DNA of 64,000 nucleotides from Eledone cirrhosa (taxonomy: Eukaryota): positions 251,658,001 through 251,722,000 of the forward strand of contig OZ024741.1 in assembly GCA_964016885.1 (NCBI GenBank), given 5' to 3'. This document shows, piece by piece, positions 1 through 13,361 of this stretch; position 1 is the first letter of the stretch; each line of letters starts with the position of its first letter. Both the position numbers and the translations under genes were made by a program. A model generated the notes under the pieces. It was not told the origin of the DNA and did not search any database. It saw only the letters and a program-made list of their open reading frames with translations.

Positions 1-635
1 AGCAACGACTCCGTTGGAGTGGTCACATTGCCAGGATGAAGGATTCTAGAATACCAAAACAACTCTTTTATGGAGAGTTAGTTTGAGGAAAACGACCGCT
101 ACATAAACCAAAAAAGAGGTATAAGGATTCCTTGAAAACCTCTTTGAAAGACGCTAACATCTCTGCTGATACATGGGAAAATATTGCTGCTGATCGTAAT
201 AAATGGAGAAAGACTGTATATGAGGGAAAAGTTGCCTTTGAGGCATCTCGAATCGCATACGAGAAAGTAAAGCGGGATGTGAGGAAGGGCATTGCTGTTG
301 CACTTCCAGACGGCGAGGGTCCTCCTATGGTGCTGACATGCAGCGTCTGTGCGAGACTCTGCCGAAGCAAAGCTGGACTCAAAAGTCATCTTCGCAGTCA
401 TAAAGTAAGACCAGTGGTTGACTACCAGGCTGCTGTTGGAGATGCTACTCATCATGCTTGCCAAGCATGTGGTAGAGAATGTAAATCAGCAGGAGAGCTC
501 AAACGACATATAAAAGTACATGAACTCCAACCACAACCGACTATTCCCAGTGAATGTTTTGGTTGCCGACTCTGTGCAAGACATTTTAGATCATTGGCTG
601 GGCTAAAAAGCCACATTCGATCACAGCGCTGTTAA
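1..635 (+). mobile_element. 3' end of an RTE-clade LINE ORF (BovB-like C-terminus) ending in three C2H2-type zinc fingers; pseudogenised
   Basis: Frame from nt 3 reads QRLRWSGHIARMKDSRIPKQLFYGELV*GKRPLHKPKKRYKDSLK...WENIAADRNKWR, a typical RTE C-terminal region, with a premature TGA at 84-86. It continues into CSVC..HLRSH, CQAC..HIKVH and CRLC..HIRSQRC. Confidence 0.85.
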
Positions 636-1777
636 TTACTATCATGTGTGTGTTTATAGATATGTTTATGTGTGTGCGTGTGTGTGTATATATATATATA
701 TGTATATTATTATTGTTGTTGTTGTTGTCGTTATTATTATTGTTGTTATTATTATTATTATTGTTATTAATATATATATATATATAACAACAAGAAATTG
801 ATTAACATATAAATAAACATGAATAATCACAGGAGATAATTTTTACAAGTGTGTAAGCACACATAGCTAGGTAGGTAACCAAATAAAGATAACCAGAACT
901 TCAAAAATAGATACCTTATAATATGATTAATCTTCCCTGTATATATTCCATTAAAGATATATATATATATATATATATTTTTTTTTTTCTCGTGCAATGG
1001 CCATACTCAATAACGAGGGGGCAGCCATCATGTATGTATGTATATATGTATTTACTTATGTCTGAATATATATATATACATATCTTCATATGTATGTATG
1101 TATGTAAACCCATGCTAGCGTGGAAGATAGACGTTAAACGATGATGATGATGATGATGATGTATGTATATATGTATATATGTATAGACCCCATAATTTCT
1201 TGTGGCATTGTAGAGGTTCCATAGAAACATACAGTATGTTTGGGTATTTTAAACCTGGCACAGGGGAGCAGGGGCCCTCACCAGGTCTGAACAGGTCTGA
1301 ACACAGCTAATTTCTTCCAGAGAAAGAGAGAGTGAGAATGATAGAGAGTGACGAAGAGATATAGAGGAGGAATCAGCCCCAGTACTGAACTGGTACATTT
1401 TTTTTATTGACCCGAAAGGATGAAAGGCAAATTTAGTTTAAGTGGGAATTGAACCCAGAGAGCACAGGGAGCTGAAACAAACACCACAAGATATTCTATC
1501 TGACATTTTAATGACTCTGTTATTTACTGGTTTATGTCTCCATTTAATTCTTGTTTAATTTTTACATATTTTTCATATTTCTTATCCCATCGAGGTCAAC
1601 ATTGTCTTTCATCCTTTTGGAGTCAATAAAATAAAGTACCAGTAAAATACTGGAGCCAAATTAATTGACTTTCCTTCATCATCATACAATTGCTAGCCTT
1701 GGCCTGATGTCTCAATTTGAAATAATTATTTTGATATTTCTTATTATTTCTGAAATGATTCACCTAGCTGTGTCAAT

Positions 1778-2177
1778 CTGGTAACAGGCCCTAGTCAGTT
1801 GTAATACATTGGTTCCCAAAGATGTTACCATGTTCTGACCAGATGTAAAATGAAGGCACCTAAAGTCTGGTAATAAGCCCAGACCAGATGTAGAATTAAG
1901 GCTCCTAAGGCTGGAAATAAGACCAGGCCAGATGTGACATGGAATTCTCCAAAGATGATAGCAGGCCCAGACCAGATGTATAATGTTAGTTCCCTAAAGC
2001 TAGTAATAGACCCAAACCAGATTTAAAAAGTAGGCTCCAAAATTCTGATAATAAGCCCAGACCAGATGTAGAATGCAGGATCCCTAAAGATGGTAACAAG
2101 CACAGGCCAGATGTGATATGTAAGCCCACAAAGCTGGTAATAGGCTCAGGTCAGGTTTAAAATGTAAGCCCTTAAAG
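1778..2177 (+). repeat. Diverged tandem minisatellite, ~44-45 bp unit, ~9 copies
   Basis: Recurring ctggtaataagcccagaccagatgtagaat...cctaaag at ~44-45 bp spacing. Confidence 0.85.
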
Positions 2178-3086
2178 CAGGGAATATGAATGTAGGTCCA
2201 ATTTCAAACTGTTCTTTAGATATATTAGTAATCAGAGCTAAATATATATGATTTATGCATGATTGACTGGTATATACATATGTACATGTAATATACATCA
2301 TATACTTACATGGGCCCTCTACCTAGGAAGGAAGAGGGCATTGGGTCCCCTCCCCCCACCTCACACACATTTCAATGGTGCACCAATAGATGTAGAAAAA
2401 GTTATGATGATATGCATATTCCAAAACTCCACCTTAGTATTATTGTAAATTAGTGTCCACACAGAATGATCTAAAGTTCCCCCATCACCTCCATTCCCTC
2501 CAAAAACCAAAGACTATTAAGGGGGCCATTATTTACAAATAACAGAACAGAATAAATTAGAATTTGTATTTAAAATTGTGAATTCAAGCCAGATGTCCTA
2601 CCTGGTCCTCCAATTCACACTACACTAGCTTATATAAGGAAATAATGCATTGGATAATACCTTCTATACCCCTAAAAACGATAATATGGTCATAACTTAA
2701 ACACCTTCAATCATATACTTTTTGAACCCAGTGTCAGGGTATTCTACTGTTTGACTATGTAACACCAGCCTGGTATTCCATTCTGACATACACTTTTATT
2801 TACAACTGTTTGTTATTTACACAATTTTCTCCATGAATAATTTCAAATTGTTGCTTTAACCCACATTTTTGGGTAAGGTATTAGCGTGACTTTTGTCAAA
2901 TTTATATAAATACACACAGAGGCACACACATATATATGGAATGAAGAGTATCGACCTTAATGCACCATGACTAGTGATTTCCAGAGGCTGGCTGAGAAGA
3001 TGGGACTGCCCATCTTTCTGTTGTTTTTCCATTGTCTTTGCCCTGTGCACCCCCTATTTTGAAAATATATGTATATGATATATACA

Positions 3087-3254
3087 CCATATTTCCCAGC
3101 GCCAAAGATACTTCGTCCTCGAGGACGCACCCTAATTTTGACAACCAAAAATTTGAAAAAAAATAATAGACAACCTTCGGCCTCCAGGACAGAGTAGATT
3201 TTTTTAGACTTATTTTAGGAAAAAAAGTAGCGTCTTCGATGCCAGGAAATATGG
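3087..3254. mobile_element. Tc1/mariner-pogo-type MITE
   Basis: Imperfect ~26-bp TIRs (ccatatttcccagcgccaaagatact / revcomp ccatatttcctggcatcgaagacgct), TA at the right end, no ORF. Confidence 0.7.
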
Positions 3255-3255
3255 T

Positions 3256-3825
3256 ATATAGCTTTTTTAGCAAGATATATGTACTCATGTATAAGTCACA
3301 CCATTCCCAATAAACTATGTGAAAAACCAGTCTGCAAATTATCTCCAAAACCTCAATATAAAAATATATCATACATTGTAAATATCGCATGCATGAAAGG
3401 TAGATTTTATGATGCCTGCATGAATAGTGCAATATTGCATAGCAGTGAGTCATGGAGGCAAATGCAGAGGATATATGGAGGCTGGAGAGAAATGAAGCAA
3501 ACATGCTTCATTGGATGTGAAATATTAGTATCAACAATGGAGCATGGTTGAACTGAGAGAGAAGCTGGATATAAGAGGAATCAGATTTTGCATGCAAGAA
3601 AGAAGACTGTACTGATATGGATATGTGAAGAGTCGAGTGATGCCAGTGGAAGGAAGCTGCAGTAGATGAAGACCAAGAAAAACATAAGCAGATGTGGTTA
3701 GAGCTGATTTCAAAATGCTGAACCTCACAAAAGAGATGCTGTGGAGGGAGGCTGCAAGTGGAGGGAGGTTGCGTTAAAGAAGAACCATGCAAGCATGGAA
3801 TAGCAAATGGTGATGATGATGATGG
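3256..3825 (+). mobile_element. Degenerate RTE LINE 3' fragment
   Basis: KGRFYDACMNSAILHSSESW matches KGRLYDACIRAPMLHGSETW of the 21-25 kb element; ends in a (GAT)n tail. Confidence 0.8.
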
Positions 3826-3892
3826 AGGTGCAAATCATCTACTAGTATGACTTATACACAGTTAAAAGCAGTAATTCATGAATATTATCTTT

Positions 3893-4077
3893 CAGATTGG
3901 CAGTATCGGTAGAGGGTCGGACGCCATGCTTTCTAGCATAGTTACGTCCCTTTACAGTCTGAGTTCAAATCCCGTCGAGATTAACTTTGCCTTTCATCCT
4001 TACGGGGTCGATAAAATAAAGTACCAGTAATGTACTGGATAATTGCTGGCCTTGTGCCTAAATTAGAAACAATTATC
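3893..4077 (+). mobile_element. tRNA-derived SINE, family 1
   Basis: A-box-like tggcagtatcgg, B-box gagttcaaatcc, central gcctttcatccttacggggtcgataaaataaagtaccag and tail ggccttgtgcctaaattagaaacaatt; about 15-20 related copies in the window. Confidence 0.85.
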
Positions 4078-4184
4078 TTTCAGTGATTTTCCTGCAAATT
4101 GAGAATTGCATATGTTGCACGTGGTCAGAGTTCAAATGATTAAGTAAGGAAAAAACAAACACCACACCATGCTAGTGAAACTGT

Positions 4185-5050
4185 CAGCACCACCACCAAT
4201 AGTACCAATACTACCACCACACTACTACCATCATAGCACACCACCGCTACTATCATTACCACTGCCACCACTACTACCACACCACTACCACATCACACCA
4301 CCACCACCACCACCACCACCAACACTGCACCACATGTGACTGCAACCATCATCATCACCGCCAATAGTACTACCACTATCGCCACACTACCACCTCCACC
4401 ACCACCACCACCACCACCACAACCACTGCCACCACTACCACCAACATCAGTACTACCAACACCAACAACAACAATAACAACACCATCACAACATACCAGC
4501 GCTAGCACCACCAACAACAACACCCCTACCACCATCATTATGACTACCACTACTACCACCACAGCTGCTACTACAACACACCACACCAGAACTACCACCA
4601 CAACCATCCTCATATATTACTGTAAGTGTAAATGTGAAATCCAATGTAGATTTGAAAGTAAGTATAGAGAGGGGTAGTGGTGGATGTGGAGTGGAGGTGG
4701 TGGAGGTTAGGGTAGTAGTGGGGAGTGGAGGTGGGTGGAGGAGGGAGAGTAGTGATGAGTGTAATGATGAGTGGGGAGGGAGGGGAAGGGGGAGTAGTGG
4801 TTGGTGCAGTGGGAGTAGAGGTAGGTGGAAGAAGGGGAGAAATAGTGGTGAAAGGTCGGAGTAGGAGTGAGTGGAAGAGAGAGTGGTGGTGAGTGGAAGA
4901 GAGAGAGTAGTGGTGAAGGAAGTAGTGGGAGTAGTAGCAGTTGTGGAGGAAGAGGAGGTGGTAAGAGTAGTAGTAAGTGAAGGAGGAGGGGAGTAGTGGT
5001 AACTACAGGAGTAGTAGTAAGTAGAGGAGGAGGGGGAAGAGGAAGGGGAG
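4185..5050. repeat. (ACC/ACT)-rich followed by (GGA/GGT/GTA)-rich low-complexity tracts
   Basis: Degenerate trinucleotide repeats; the poly-T/P/V ORFs here are artefacts. Confidence 0.85.
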
Positions 5051-5202
5051 GTATTTCATGAGGTTCCCTGGTGGGATACAGTATCAGTTGTAGTGTTACC
5101 TGCTGGGGCCAGATAATGAATTAAGGGGGCCACCTGACTTAACTAATTGTATATACTACCTGACAATATGCGGGGCTATGTACATGTGTCTGTGTTTTTC
5201 TA

Positions 5203-5245
<43 letters not shown>

Positions 5246-5247
5246 AT

Positions 5248-5302
<55 letters not shown>

Positions 5303-5494
5303 CAACATAAACTTGTGTAAGTATTTTTATAGGCCGATGTATATATAGATGATATATGCATGTTAAAGTGTATGTATCTGTATATGTCCATACTATCACA
5401 TATATGTGTAAATGTTTTAAGAGACATGTGTAAGTGTGTATAATCACACTACCAAATGTATCTGTCTGTGTGTGTGTGTGTGCGTGTGTGTGTG

Positions 5495-5525
<31 letters not shown>

Positions 5526-6554
5526 TAATAGGTAGGCATGTGTAAAATGGAATGTGTAATTACTTTTTATATCTAAATACATGAGCACGTGCATGTGCAT
5601 AGAAATATAAGTATATACATGTGCTGTTAAAACTGTATAAATATATATATTCATAATATCACATGCAAAATACAAACCAAAACTCAACTGATAGATACAG
5701 AGCATGTGAATTTAGCTATAAAAGCTACCAGAGCAGAATCTTAGAATAATATTTTGAACTGGGCATTGAAGACTCATCCATTATTCCTATGATCTTTTGT
5801 GACCACTGCAAAGTGCACGAACAACACACCATTGCTACGATCATTCTTATTCTGAAGATGAGGCAATGAATGTCTCAAAATGTTAATGGATTTAGGAACA
5901 ACTATTGTCCCAAATCAAACATTAAAGAATCAATAAAGAAATATGGAAAATCTTTAATAAATAACTTGAATACAGTCATGTCTTTAATATAACATATTTG
6001 AAAGAAGAGCTCTTCTCTGTTTTACACACACATATAGACTTACGAGACACACACACACATACAAGACACACACACACATACATACCAGGCTTTGGGGTTT
6101 GGTTGGGGTGGGGGTGGGGTGGTGGGATGAGGCGGGGCGGGGTCTTTAGAACATTTAGGTTGAGCAACCTTCACAAAGAATGTATTTCAATTTCAGGACG
6201 TCTTTTATAAACTCTGTTTCCTAAATCTGAGGCTGCACCATTAAATAGTAGGAGCTGGTGCAACACCAACCATGGCTCTCCTTTGACGACAAGCTTGACA
6301 TATACATACACACAGACACACAAATACACACACATACACACATACTAATACCTGTTTTTCTCTCCCAGTCATATGTGTTACACATTATGTTAGAAATTCT
6401 GTCACATGTTTCATACATTGTGTCACACACTTGCCACACACAGTGTCACACACTTGCCACACACAGTGTCACACAATGTCATGCACAGTGTCACACATTG
6501 TTATACATTGTCACAGACTGTCATATATTGAGAAAAAAAGGAAGGGCGCATTTA

Positions 6555-6750
6555 ATAATTGTTTCTACTTTTGGCACAAGGCCAGCAATTATCTCAGTGT
6601 ATTACTGGTACTTAATTTTATCGACCCCGTAAGGATGAAAGGCAAAGTTAACCTCGGCGGGATTTGAACTCAGACCATAAAGGGCCGTAACTCTTTGCTG
6701 CAAAACATGGCATCCGACCCTCTACTGATACTGCCAATCCACTGCCCTTA
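6555..6750 (-). mobile_element. SINE family 1, full-length copy
   Basis: Reverse-complement match to 3893-4077 and 27888-28085. Confidence 0.85.
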
Positions 6751-7185
6751 ATAATGTAATCCTAAATAAACATGTCTGAATAAAAAAAAAACAGGATGAT
6801 CAGAGCATAGGTTTGCTAATTGAGAGCTGATCTGGTGATAAACAACAACATCAGCAAGAAAGTGAACATTAGTTAATATCTTAGATACACAATACCTGAA
6901 TAAAAGTTGGTATGGTTAGGGCTTGTACACTTTTGATTATGTGAATGCTGGGTGAGAGACTAATGTGATAGACAGGGTTAGATTTAGACCATGGAGTGAT
7001 ATGGGGCCCTTCAGGCCTAGTGCCCCCTTATATAAAATTATAATACACAGCAAACTCACAAAATTACATATCACCCTTGCTTATTGTGTGTAACTGGAAT
7101 TGACACATTATACATACATACAGATGTTAAATAGAAAAAAACTGATCTGTAATACATAAATATAATATAGAAATAGTGATACATA

Positions 7186-7533
7186 CATCATTCATCATCA
7201 TTTCATTTCATTTTACGTCCGCTTTTCCCTGCTTGCAAGGGTGGGACGGGAACTGATTCTAGCTTGATTTCTACAGCTGGATGCCCTTCCTAACACCAAC
7301 CTCATTTACAGTGAGTGCTGGGTGCTTTTTTGCCATGGCACCTCCACGACCACTTTGCAGTGGAATGATAGGGACCTCAGTCCTATCATCTCATTTCTAC
7401 AGCTGAGTAAACTGGAGCAATGTGAAATAAAGTGTCTTGCTCAAGGAAACAACACATCACCTGGGTCTGAGAATTGAACTTACAACCTTTCGATTGCAAG
7501 GCCAATGCTCTAACCACTAAGCCATGTGCCTCC
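7186..7533 (-). mobile_element. tRNA-derived CORE-like SINE (family 2) with an RTE-derived 3' tail
   Basis: Minus strand: tRNA-like head (tggcttagtggtt...gttcaattct), CORE-like ccttgagcaagacactttatttcacattgctccag, a gttaggaagggcatccagctgtagaaa module, then a tail matching the RTE end at 34497-34540 and a GAT/GAAAT repeat. Confidence 0.8.
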
Positions 7534-7789
7534 AACACAATGTTAAATGGAAATATTTGTAATATATACGTAATAGGTTCATGTTAAATGTTAAATGTTA
7601 AATGTACTGACAAGTTAGTGTCAAAGTTGCTACAAAGATTTTAGCAAATATACTAAAAGCTTAGGCCAAAATGTATCAAATCCACCATAGTAAGGTTAAA
7701 TACATCTTTCAATACAAAATGTTACCCGAACTTAGTACAGTCAGCTATATCTACTTATAGGGATATGTATCAATACAATACCTACAAAA

Positions 7790-7941
7790 AGTATTTCTTT
7801 CTACATCTGAAAAATCTTTAATGAATTCATGAAATAGCATCATCTTCAGAAAACTGCTCTCTACATTCTTTAGGCAGAGAGCACATAGTATTTTGTGGGC
7901 CATCATGATTCTCAGTTAAATCTTTGAGTATTAATTTGCTG

Positions 7942-7983
<42 letters not shown>

Positions 7984-7984
7984 C

Positions 7985-8062
<78 letters not shown>

Positions 8063-8720
8063 GAAGACCAACTAAATATCAAGCTCAAATATACTAGAAG
8101 AACTATTTCAACACTTGGAAAAATATCAGCAAACCCTTTCTCATTTTCTCATGGAGTAAAACTGCCTGCTCAGATGGCATGAGATATGAACAGAGTTTGG
8201 AAAATGCAGCAAAATGGACAATCTATTCTATCACCACATAACTAAAGTCACAAGGAAAAGCAATGATACATTTCAGGTAAACTCCATAAGTTTACTATGA
8301 ATTTGAATTTATGCTCTAATTTGTAAGCTAACTTACATTTTTTAAGGCAAGTTTCAGTAGAGCAAGAGGCAGCAGCTTGTCCAAGAAGATTTAATGAGTG
8401 ATTATTACAGGAGATGAGAACAGCTGCTGGGTTCTTATCCATATGCCTGGCTTTCATTTCTGTGTGGTGACCAGAGATATTGCTGGCATTATTATAAAAC
8501 TTCCCTGTTAATTTCAAAATTAATACCATCATGTAACACAATTCTAACAGAGAGGTAGCTAGTACTTCAGTCTTGTGATAACCAACCTGCAGGAAAGTAA
8601 AAATGAAACCTTTTTACCATCTTCCTAGAACAACATATTGCATAATAACTGTTAACTTGTCAATATAAGCCAGGTTTGCTATCAAATCTACGAAAACCGA
8701 GAGGTACCATATTTGATGGT
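7790..8720 (-). mobile_element. Decayed hAT transposase relic, interrupted by (TC)n
   Basis: YNNASNISGHH...NPAAVLISCNNHSLNL resembles the hAT YDNAxNMSG...CxxHxLNL motif; an ERxFSKL-like dimerisation-domain remnant lies near 7900-7935. Confidence 0.7.
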
Positions 8721-8739
8721 GTATAATATCCCCAGTAAT

Positions 8740-9130
8740 CAAATCATAAGTGTGGCTGGTAGCTCTCTATGGTTATGAGTCATGAACTTTTGACTTGAAA
8801 TGACTGAGTGCATTTGAAATGTCATTCTATAGGCATGCACATAGAATCAACTGGATAGGTCACAGAACAAATGAATCTGTTCTGGAAGAGATTGGTGCCA
8901 ATCAACAGTTGGTTGAAACAGCAAGGAAAAGGAAATCTCAGTATTTTAGTCATGTCATCAGGGCCCAAAATTTGACTACCCACATCCTTGAAGGATGAAT
9001 ACAAGGGAAAAGGGTCAGGAGATAGCAGATTAGGAGATGGCCAGATGAGATTAAGGAATGGACAGGAAGGAGTTTGGCGGAATGTATGGTAATGGCAAGA
9101 GACAGGGAAAGATGTGAGGATGGGATTAGG
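8740..9130 (+). mobile_element. Degenerate RTE LINE 3' fragment (second RTE lineage)
   Basis: Fragments read ALYGYES..LSAFEM, NESVLEEIG, RKRKSQYFSHVIR, ILEG and RWPDEIKEWTG...ARDRE. Confidence 0.75.
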
Positions 9131-9249
9131 CTAGGCTAGTAACCCCAGTCATATAAGACCCTTCCTCAATTCAGCAGGGAATATTAACAAAAAGTATTAG
9201 CCTACCAGATATGCCAACATTGCACATAGGACAAACAAGGGAACAATAA

Positions 9250-10282
9250 TGGTTTTTATATAGGCACAAGGCCAGCAATTTTTGGGGCAGGGGAAAGTCG
9301 ATTAAATCGACCCCAGTGCATTACTGGTGCTTTATTTTATTGACCCCGTACGGATGAAAGGCAAAGTTAACCTCGGTGGAATTTGAACTCATAATGTAAA
9401 AGAGTGTCCAACGCTCTATCAATACTTCCAATCCAATAGTTGATTATTACCTCCAACATAGCATCTAGAATGTAAGGAGTGACAAGAGTAACATATGTTG
9501 AAGAAGTAATAATTTCTTATTTTAATAATTGTTTCTTCTATAGGCACAAGGCCAGCAATTAGAAGGGGAGGGGAAAGTCAATTAAATCGACCTTAGTACT
9601 TACTGCTGCTTTATTTTATCGACCCCGTAAGGATGAAAGGCAAAGCTAATCTCGGCAGAATTTGAACTCAGAATGTAAAGAGTCATAACTCTATACCACG
9701 ACAGTGTTGTGGGCAAATTGTGACTGATCAAAAATATTTTATAAAACCTTCTGTGAATATAGGGACTGAACAAAGCATGAATTTTGAAAGTGGTATTTTT
9801 TTATAATCCAAAGAGAACAAGAGATAATTAGAAAATAGCTGTTGAATGAAAGAGATAATAAATGTGATTGAAAAACATAAAAAGAGATACAAGATGTGAC
9901 TGAAAATATCGATTACATCTGATCTGATATCTGTAGGAGACATAACAAATATTATAAGTTGCAACACAAAGATATCTTGCTATCTAATATAGATTACATA
10001 GAAAGAAAGAGCATAAATTAAGCTTTAAAATAATTGTTTCTACTTTAGGCACAAGGTCAGCAATTACCCAGTACATTACTGGTACTTTATTTTATCGACC
10101 CCGTAAGGATGAAAGGATTAAGCTTTAAAATAATGATTTCTACTCTAGGCACAAGGCCAGCAATTTGGGGAGAGGGGAAAGTCGATTAAATCGACCCCAG
10201 TGCATTACTGGTGCTTTATTTTATTGACCACATAAGGATGAAAGGCAAAACTAACCATAGCAGAATTAAGCTTTAAAATAAT
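9250..10282 (-). mobile_element. Four SINE family 1 copies (about 9250-9435, 9525-9700, 10035-10116, 10135-10265)
   Basis: Repeated ggcacaaggccagcaatt...gaccccgtaaggatgaaaggcaaag. Confidence 0.85.
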
Positions 10283-10397
10283 ACATAATATTGCACACCT
10301 TGCATGAGTTATAATTGGATAAAGTTGTTGAACAAATAAAAATATAAAACCTGCATTAATTTCTGAACATCTCAATACCAATATTCATTATATATGC

Positions 10398-10680
10398 TCC
10401 AGGCATGTGGCCTAGTGGTAAGGGTGTTGGAGTTACGATCATAATGTCATAAGTTCAATTCCTTGACTGGGTTGTGTGTTGGGTTCTTGAGCAAAACTCT
10501 TCATTTCACATTGCTCCAACATACTCTGCTGAAAATGACTACCAGCTGAAGGTTTATGTGATGGACTGGCGTCCTGTTCAGGGGGTGGGGAGTCTTGTAC
10601 TCTCAGCCACTTCATGCCATGGAAACTGGGATAAGCATCGGCCTAATGACTCACTGGGCATGAAACAGATTAAACTTTTA
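10398..10680 (+). mobile_element. CORE-like SINE (family 2 head) with a different 3' half
   Basis: A/B-box head and cttgagcaaaactcttcatttcacattgctcc as in 7186-7533, followed by gatggactggcgtcctgttcagggg. Confidence 0.7.
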
Positions 10681-10907
10681 TATTTCAAAACATTGTATTT
10701 AGTATTGGTGTCATATTAATACCTTTTAAAATTCAACAGTTAAAATATCAAATGCCAGCAAAATAACAGCTAGATAAATGTTTAAGAATTATTTACAAGT
10801 TGAAGAATATAAATTTCTGCTATAATTTTCTTTTAACTGCCTCTTTTAAACAGAGGGAAAAACTGATAACAGGAAAGAAAGGAAACAGACTAGACGAGAG
10901 AGAGAGA

Positions 10908-10998
<91 letters not shown>

Positions 10999-11372
10999 GT
11001 TGAAAGGGTGACTACTCCTCAATAGTCCAAGTCATAAGTTCAGAATCACAATATGTAATTGACAATTGGAATTAAGTTCCCACTAAATGATTCTTTTAAT
11101 TGATTTTATGGTATATGTACACACAAGGACACACACATATATGGTTGACTGAACACAAGTTTTGTTTTCTCAATTTTTTTTCATTCCTTCCTCTTCTCAC
11201 TCTCTGTCTTTCTATTTCATCTTTATTTCTCATTCTATTTTCTGATGAAGGACTAGTGTCCAAAACGTTAAGACTCTTTTCCTATTATTTCAAGCATTAA
11301 ACTAATATATTTCTTCGTTGTACTGTGTCATTTTCTTTGTTATTTATGTTTATTTTTTACATACATATATAT

Positions 11373-11845
11373 ATCATCATCATCATTTTATGTCCGCTTT
11401 TCCCTGTTTGCAAAGGTGGGACAGATCCTATTCAGTACATCATCTCTCCATTCGTCATGGCCCCTCGTCATCTCCTTTGTGAGCTTCAGCAATCTGAGGT
11501 CAGTTCTCACCACCTCTGCCCATGTTTTTTGTGGTCTTATTCTACTGTGTCTTCCTTCCACCAGGATTTTTTGGCATTTCTTCACCCATCGGTCATCTTC
11601 CATGTGCATCACATTGCCATTCCAATACAGTCTTCTCTCCCACACACTACAGTTTATCCCACTTATGCACAGTTTCACTCTCAACTCGTCTATGATTGGT
11701 CGTTCACGCACATTGACATTGCACATCCATCAGAGCATGCTTGCTTCATTTCTCTCTAGCCATCGCATATCCTCCGCAGTTGCTGCCCATGTCTCACTAT
11801 CATGCAGCATCGAGCATCTCACACAGGCATCATTTAACTGACCTT
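11373..11845 (-). mobile_element. RTE LINE 3' fragment, short-UTR subfamily
   Basis: ERRLYWNGNVMHMEDDRWVKKC...RPQKTWAEVVRTDL...REKRT* followed by (GAT)n; sits in (TA)n. Confidence 0.9.
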
Positions 11846-11870
11846 TATATATATATATATATATATATAT

Positions 11871-13150
<1,280 letters not shown>

Positions 13151-13290
13151 TATTATTAAAACAAATTTCTATAGTTTGCAGCCTATGTTTTGCTTTTATA
13201 TCATCCATCTTATTATTGTTTTTTGTTAAAGATATGAAGCTTGAAGTCATGTACACATAGTTGACAACAATTATATATAAAGAGATGGGT

Positions 13291-13361
13291 GATGTGTTGG
13301 TGTAATGGTAGCACAGTGGTCGCGATAACCAAAGATATGGGTTCGACTCCCATGTACGTCA
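13291..13361 (+). pseudogene. tRNA-like cloverleaf (SINE head or tRNA pseudogene), not a canonical tRNA
   Basis: Acceptor gatgtgt/gtacgtc, D arm gtgt/gcac with A-box tggtgtaatgg, anticodon arm tggt/acca with loop cgcgata (no U33), T arm atggg-ttcgact-cccat, and TTTTT downstream. Confidence 0.65.

Noticed and set aside
132-635. Stand-alone host C2H2 transcription factor gene
   Set aside because: In frame with upstream RTE LINE motifs and starts at a non-ATG codon; it is a LINE C-terminus.
1778-2177. CRISPR-like periodic repeat
   Set aside because: The whole unit is homologous and diverged; there are no unique spacers.
13291-13361. Functional tRNA-Ser(CGA) gene
   Set aside because: No U33, no long variable arm, and several G-U pairs in the acceptor stem.
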